Shown here: positions 6,086 to 9,193 of the stretch, piece after piece | Numbering within the stretch: position 1 is the stretch's first letter | Layout of the letters: each line of letters opens with the position of its first letter | Assembly: GCA_964426185.1 (NCBI GenBank) | Contig: CAYRPF010000100.1 | Span: 1 to 9,193 of the forward strand | Direction: 5' to 3' | DNA from: an uncultured archaeon | Lineage (GTDB): Archaea; Asgardarchaeota; Lokiarchaeia; Sigyniarchaeales; Promethearchaeaceae | Length of the DNA: 9,193 bases | Notes under the pieces: generated by a model | The model's input: the letters and a program-made list of their open reading frames with translations, nothing else | What the model was told of the DNA's origin: nothing | Database searches by the model: none | Program-made: the position numbers and the translations under genes

Positions 6086-6766
6086 ATGCCAGAAGTCATG
6101 ATAAAATTGGAAAATGTTCAAAAAGAATTCCGCCTACGAGGCAATATCATTCGTGCATTAGCAGATGTAAATTTAACGATCAATGCAGGCGAATTTGTGA
6201 TCATTATGGGTCCAACAGGTTGTGGAAAAACCACTCTTTTGAATGTAATGAGCGGATTGGATCTCCCTGATGATGGAACTGTCATTGTTGACGGAGAAAA
6301 AATTGAACGTGCTACCGAAGAACGGCTAAGTAATATTCGACGCCGAAAAATTGGATTTGTTTTTCAAGATTTCAATCTGGTCGAGAACCTAACTGCAATC
6401 GAAAATGTAGAAGCTGTGTTATGGCCGGGAGTTCTCCGTTCTAAGGAAATTGAAGATCGTGCCATTGCAGCACTCCGAAAAGTGGATTTGCTCGATCGTA
6501 AAGATAATTTACCGAAAGAATTATCGGGGGGGGAAAAACAAAGAACAGCAATTGCCAGAGCGATTATTCATAAACCCCGAATTCTGTTTGCAGATGAACC
6601 TACTGGAAATTTGGATAATGAAGCTGCCCGCCAAATTATGGAATTACTAAAACAACTCAATAAAGAAATGGGTACTACGATGTGCATTGTTACTCATGAT
6701 AAAGGGTTAGTTAAATACGGAAACCGATTGGTCGAAATGGAACATGGAAAAGTCGTTAAGTCTTAA
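6086..6766 (+). CDS. ABC transporter ATP-binding protein, LolD/FtsE/MacB (MJ0796-like) family
   Basis: Walker A GPTGCGKTT, Q-loop IGFVFQ, signature LSGGE, Walker B/D-loop ILFADEPTGNLD and H-loop IVTHD. Confidence 0.96.
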   Translation: MPEVMIKLENVQKEFRLRGNIIRALADVNLTINAGEFVIIMGPTGCGKTTLLNVMSGLDLPDDGTVIVDGEKIERATEERLSNIRRRKIGFVFQDFNLVENLTAIENVEAVLWPGVLRSKEIEDRAIAALRKVDLLDRKDNLPKELSGGEKQRTAIARAIIHKPRILFADEPTGNLDNEAARQIMELLKQLNKEMGTTMCIVTHDKGLVKYGNRLVEMEHGKVVKS

Positions 6767-6816
6767 TTTATTATATAATTTTTATTAAAGATCTTGAATT
6801 TTCATCCAATTTTTTC

Positions 6817-7335
6817 TTATCTTTTATTTCCAACTACTTTAAAGCTATAATATCGATCTAAAAGAAATTTGGTGACATATCCAAAAGTTAATGCAATTAT
6901 AATTCTAACATTTAGAATCCAATTTGTCCAAATTCCCAAAAGAAATTGAATGAGTAAATTTTCTCCTGTAGTTAATATGGCAAAAATAAAATAAAGTCCG
7001 AATTGTCGACCCATTTCCTTAAAATGAGTGGAATTCCTGCGAAAGACCACAAATTTATCTAAAAAAAATTTTAACACATAAGTAATCAATACGGCCAAAG
7101 CTGACCCTACTATTTCTGGCATATTATAAGGATTGGTTGAGAGATACACAGTTTGGAAAAAGGGAATCGAATTTAGTCGGGGTTCCAGCCAAGGATATAT
7201 CACTACCAAGTGGAAATTCTGGATCACGATGTTTAACAAGACCATTAATACTGCAAATGTAAAATAGGTAAAAATTTGAAACCCAAGAGAGGGTAGTGGT
7301 GGATTTAGTTTCTGGGTGTGATCCTTGATAACCAT
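6817..7335 (-). CDS. GtrA-like four-TM membrane protein (putative lipid-linked sugar flippase or scaffold)
   Basis: Two internally repeated helix pairs, starting QIFTYFTFAVL and QFGLYFIFAIL and ending YVLKFFLDKFVVF and YVTKFLLDRYYSF, as is typical of the GtrA duplicated architecture. Confidence 0.78.
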   Translation of the reverse strand: MVIKDHTQKLNPPLPSLGFQIFTYFTFAVLMVLLNIVIQNFHLVVIYPWLEPRLNSIPFFQTVYLSTNPYNMPEIVGSALAVLITYVLKFFLDKFVVFRRNSTHFKEMGRQFGLYFIFAILTTGENLLIQFLLGIWTNWILNVRIIIALTFGYVTKFLLDRYYSFKVVGNKR

Positions 7336-7428
7336 TATTTAATTTAATATGGGATATATTTTAAAAATACTAAGATATTATGGAAAAAAAAAGGAATATT
7401 CAAATTTTTGGCATGCATTAATAAATTA

Positions 7429-8079
7429 ATGTTATTAATACGTGCTCCAACTTCGGTTGTTTTACAGATTGTAGGAATTTCTATATTAATGATAATTTTA
7501 TCACAATGGTTTTCTCGAAAATTTTCCGTTTCTGCAGAATCTCAAATGCAAACCCAAATGCTGGTTCAAGATCTGCAAGATCAACTACGTGCTGCTCAAA
7601 ATGATAATAATTCCCAATTAATTGCCCAAATCAATGAAGAAATGATGGTACTTCTGCGTGAAATGTCAAAAAAACAGTTTTTACCCATGATTATCCGCTC
7701 AATAGCTTTTTTTGCTATTTGGGGCCTGATGAAGTTGTTATACGGTAATTATGATGAATATATATATATTTCTGAGAGTCTGGTAATTCGATCAATCTTC
7801 ACACTGTATTTAATTATTGCTCTTCTTTCATCCGTTGTAATTACAATTGGAAAGAAATTGTATCTAAAAATGCATCCGGAAAAGAAGAAAAATAAAGAAT
7901 TAGTGGTGGATAAAATTCGGGCTTTGCAATCCAATATTATCTATACTTCTGAAAATCCAACTACAAATAATGCCCAAAACCAATATTCAGATGCTAGTTC
8001 CTCTTCAATGTTAAATTCTGATTTAAATACACCCCAAATTAAGAAAGAGAAAGGGTGGAAAGAGCGTTTGGAGCAATAG
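7429..8079 (+). CDS. DUF106/EMC3/TMCO1 family (Oxa1 superfamily) membrane insertase-like protein
   Basis: TM1, then a helical hairpin (QDLQDQLRAAQNDNNSQLIAQINEEMM), then MSKKQFLPMIIRSIAFFAIW (family-like QFxPM entry to TM2), then TM3 (IFTLYLIIALLSS). The ATG at 7429 is preferred over the listed TTG at 7408. Confidence 0.75.
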   Translation: MLLIRAPTSVVLQIVGISILMIILSQWFSRKFSVSAESQMQTQMLVQDLQDQLRAAQNDNNSQLIAQINEEMMVLLREMSKKQFLPMIIRSIAFFAIWGLMKLLYGNYDEYIYISESLVIRSIFTLYLIIALLSSVVITIGKKLYLKMHPEKKKNKELVVDKIRALQSNIIYTSENPTTNNAQNQYSDASSSSMLNSDLNTPQIKKEKGWKERLEQ

Positions 8080-8128
8080 AAAAGAAAAAAAGAAGAATTT
8101 AACCATTTTTTTGGTATTTTTAGTTTTT
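8080..8128. terminator. Candidate bidirectional terminator between convergent genes
   Basis: An A-tract (aaaagaaaaaaagaag) is followed by T-tracts (tttttttggtatttttagtttttt), giving oligo-U on both transcripts. Confidence 0.5.
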
Positions 8129-9193
8129 TTAGAAAAGATTTCCGTTGATAAAAGCCCTAATGTACTTTTCGTATAAAGTAGCCCAGCGGGTAGGAATTGA
8201 AGTGGCAATTGCACACCCTAATCGACATCCTTTACAAAATGGAAAGCCATCTTTCATATCCATGATCTGTTTTGCCTCATATGAATGGTAAACATCACAT
8301 AAAGGATATTTCTTTACATTGACGCGAAGAACGGGATGAATTTTGCATGGTAAAACCACCTCACCTTTATAATTAATAACGATAAACGCCCGCGCAGAAA
8401 CACAATGCAACAAATTTTGATAACCAAAACCCCCTGCTTCAATAATATCAGCACTTATCGTATCTGTAATGATGTTTGGATATATTTTAACCAGTCTTCG
8501 GATTTCAGCTGCGTATTTATGAAGATCCGGGATAAATGAGAAAATATCATCTACGATGTGAGGGGTATCTTGTTCCCGAATTATATTTTCACATGGAAGC
8601 ATTTCAATCATAGCACCGAGTTTTTGTGCCAATTTGCTCATTTCTTCCATGTATGGGAGATTTTCCTTGGTGATGACCATTGATATAATTACTATTTTTC
8701 TTTCTAAAACGGCTGCCCTAATTCCTTTAATGGTTTGCTTAAAAATGGGAATCCCTCGATATTGATCGTGTTTTTCTGCAAAAGGCCAATCTAATGAAAC
8801 CATAATTAATTCAGCATCTTTAAACTTCTGAGTTTTAATCAATTGGTATAACAAAAGACCATTTGTGGCCACCGTCGGCATCATTCCTTTCTGTTTCGTA
8901 TAAGAAATTAATTCTGGCAAATCTTTTCGAAGAGTTGGCTCTCCGCCGGTGAAATTTACCACCTGAACATCTAATTTGTGCAGTTCATCAATGATTCTCT
9001 TAACTTCATTAGTTTTCATTTCTTGGGCCAATTCTTGCTGAAAATCAGGATGCCAAATGGAACAGAAGACACACTTTGCGTTACATTTTAGTGTGAGTTC
9101 GATTTGAGCGTTAAGGGGCTTGTAAATATGGTTAAAGGAAAAATTATTGAGGGTAAAATTCTTTGCAAATCGCAGATAGTTCAATCGAGTCAT
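8129..9193 (-). CDS. Radical SAM enzyme with C-terminal SPASM/Twitch-like cysteines, substrate unknown
   Basis: CNAKCVFC (Cx3Cx2C), FTGGEP, VATNG and VSLD motifs. The C-terminus has C-x12-G-x5-C and CKGCRLGC. The ATG is at the very edge of the window, so the start cannot be confirmed. Confidence 0.93.
   Translation of the reverse strand: MTRLNYLRFAKNFTLNNFSFNHIYKPLNAQIELTLKCNAKCVFCSIWHPDFQQELAQEMKTNEVKRIIDELHKLDVQVVNFTGGEPTLRKDLPELISYTKQKGMMPTVATNGLLLYQLIKTQKFKDAELIMVSLDWPFAEKHDQYRGIPIFKQTIKGIRAAVLERKIVIISMVITKENLPYMEEMSKLAQKLGAMIEMLPCENIIREQDTPHIVDDIFSFIPDLHKYAAEIRRLVKIYPNIITDTISADIIEAGGFGYQNLLHCVSARAFIVINYKGEVVLPCKIHPVLRVNVKKYPLCDVYHSYEAKQIMDMKDGFPFCKGCRLGCAIATSIPTRWATLYEKYIRAFINGNLF

Noticed and set aside
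4975-8214. ORFs 4975-5220, 5814-6101, 6450-6650, 7749-7934 and 8023-8214 (including the Cys-rich 5814-6101 as a possible radical SAM precursor peptide)
   Set aside because: All overlap stronger genes in other frames and lack independent translation signals.
1-9193. Selenocysteine or pyrrolysine recoding, considered because Lokiarchaeia can encode Sec
   Set aside because: No credible CDS ends in TGA or appears truncated. The single TAG stop (8077-8079) is followed by low-complexity terminator-like tracts and a convergent gene.
1-9193. tRNA, rRNA, CRISPR array, IS or prophage features
   Set aside because: Intergenic gaps are short (at most about 170 bp) and AT-rich. I saw no cloverleaf, spaced repeats, transposase or integrase motifs.

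Overview
AT-rich, gene-dense archaeal window with 11 credible CDSs and no recognisable rRNA, tRNA, CRISPR or mobile element. A clear Asgard-type profilin (4948-5331, -) suggests an Asgard archaeon, probably Lokiarchaeia (inference). Gene order: 5'-truncated PLP aminotransferase (+); class II aldolase (-) divergent from a GH57 hydrolase (+); two uncharacterised tandem paralogous tail-anchored R/Q/E/K-rich helical proteins (+,+); profilin (-) divergent from a two-gene type VII (MacB/FtsEX/LolCDE-like) ABC operon whose permease lacks the usual large extracytoplasmic domain (+,+); GtrA-like membrane protein (-) divergent from a DUF106/EMC3/TMCO1 (Oxa1-superfamily) insertase-like gene (+); radical SAM enzyme with SPASM/Twitch-like cysteines (-). 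The best candidate for an undescribed system is the tail-anchored paralog pair, which has a conserved VAMP-reminiscent juxtamembrane motif, together with its neighbours profilin, the minimal ABC complex and the insertase. All family calls come from motifs read by eye; no searches were run.
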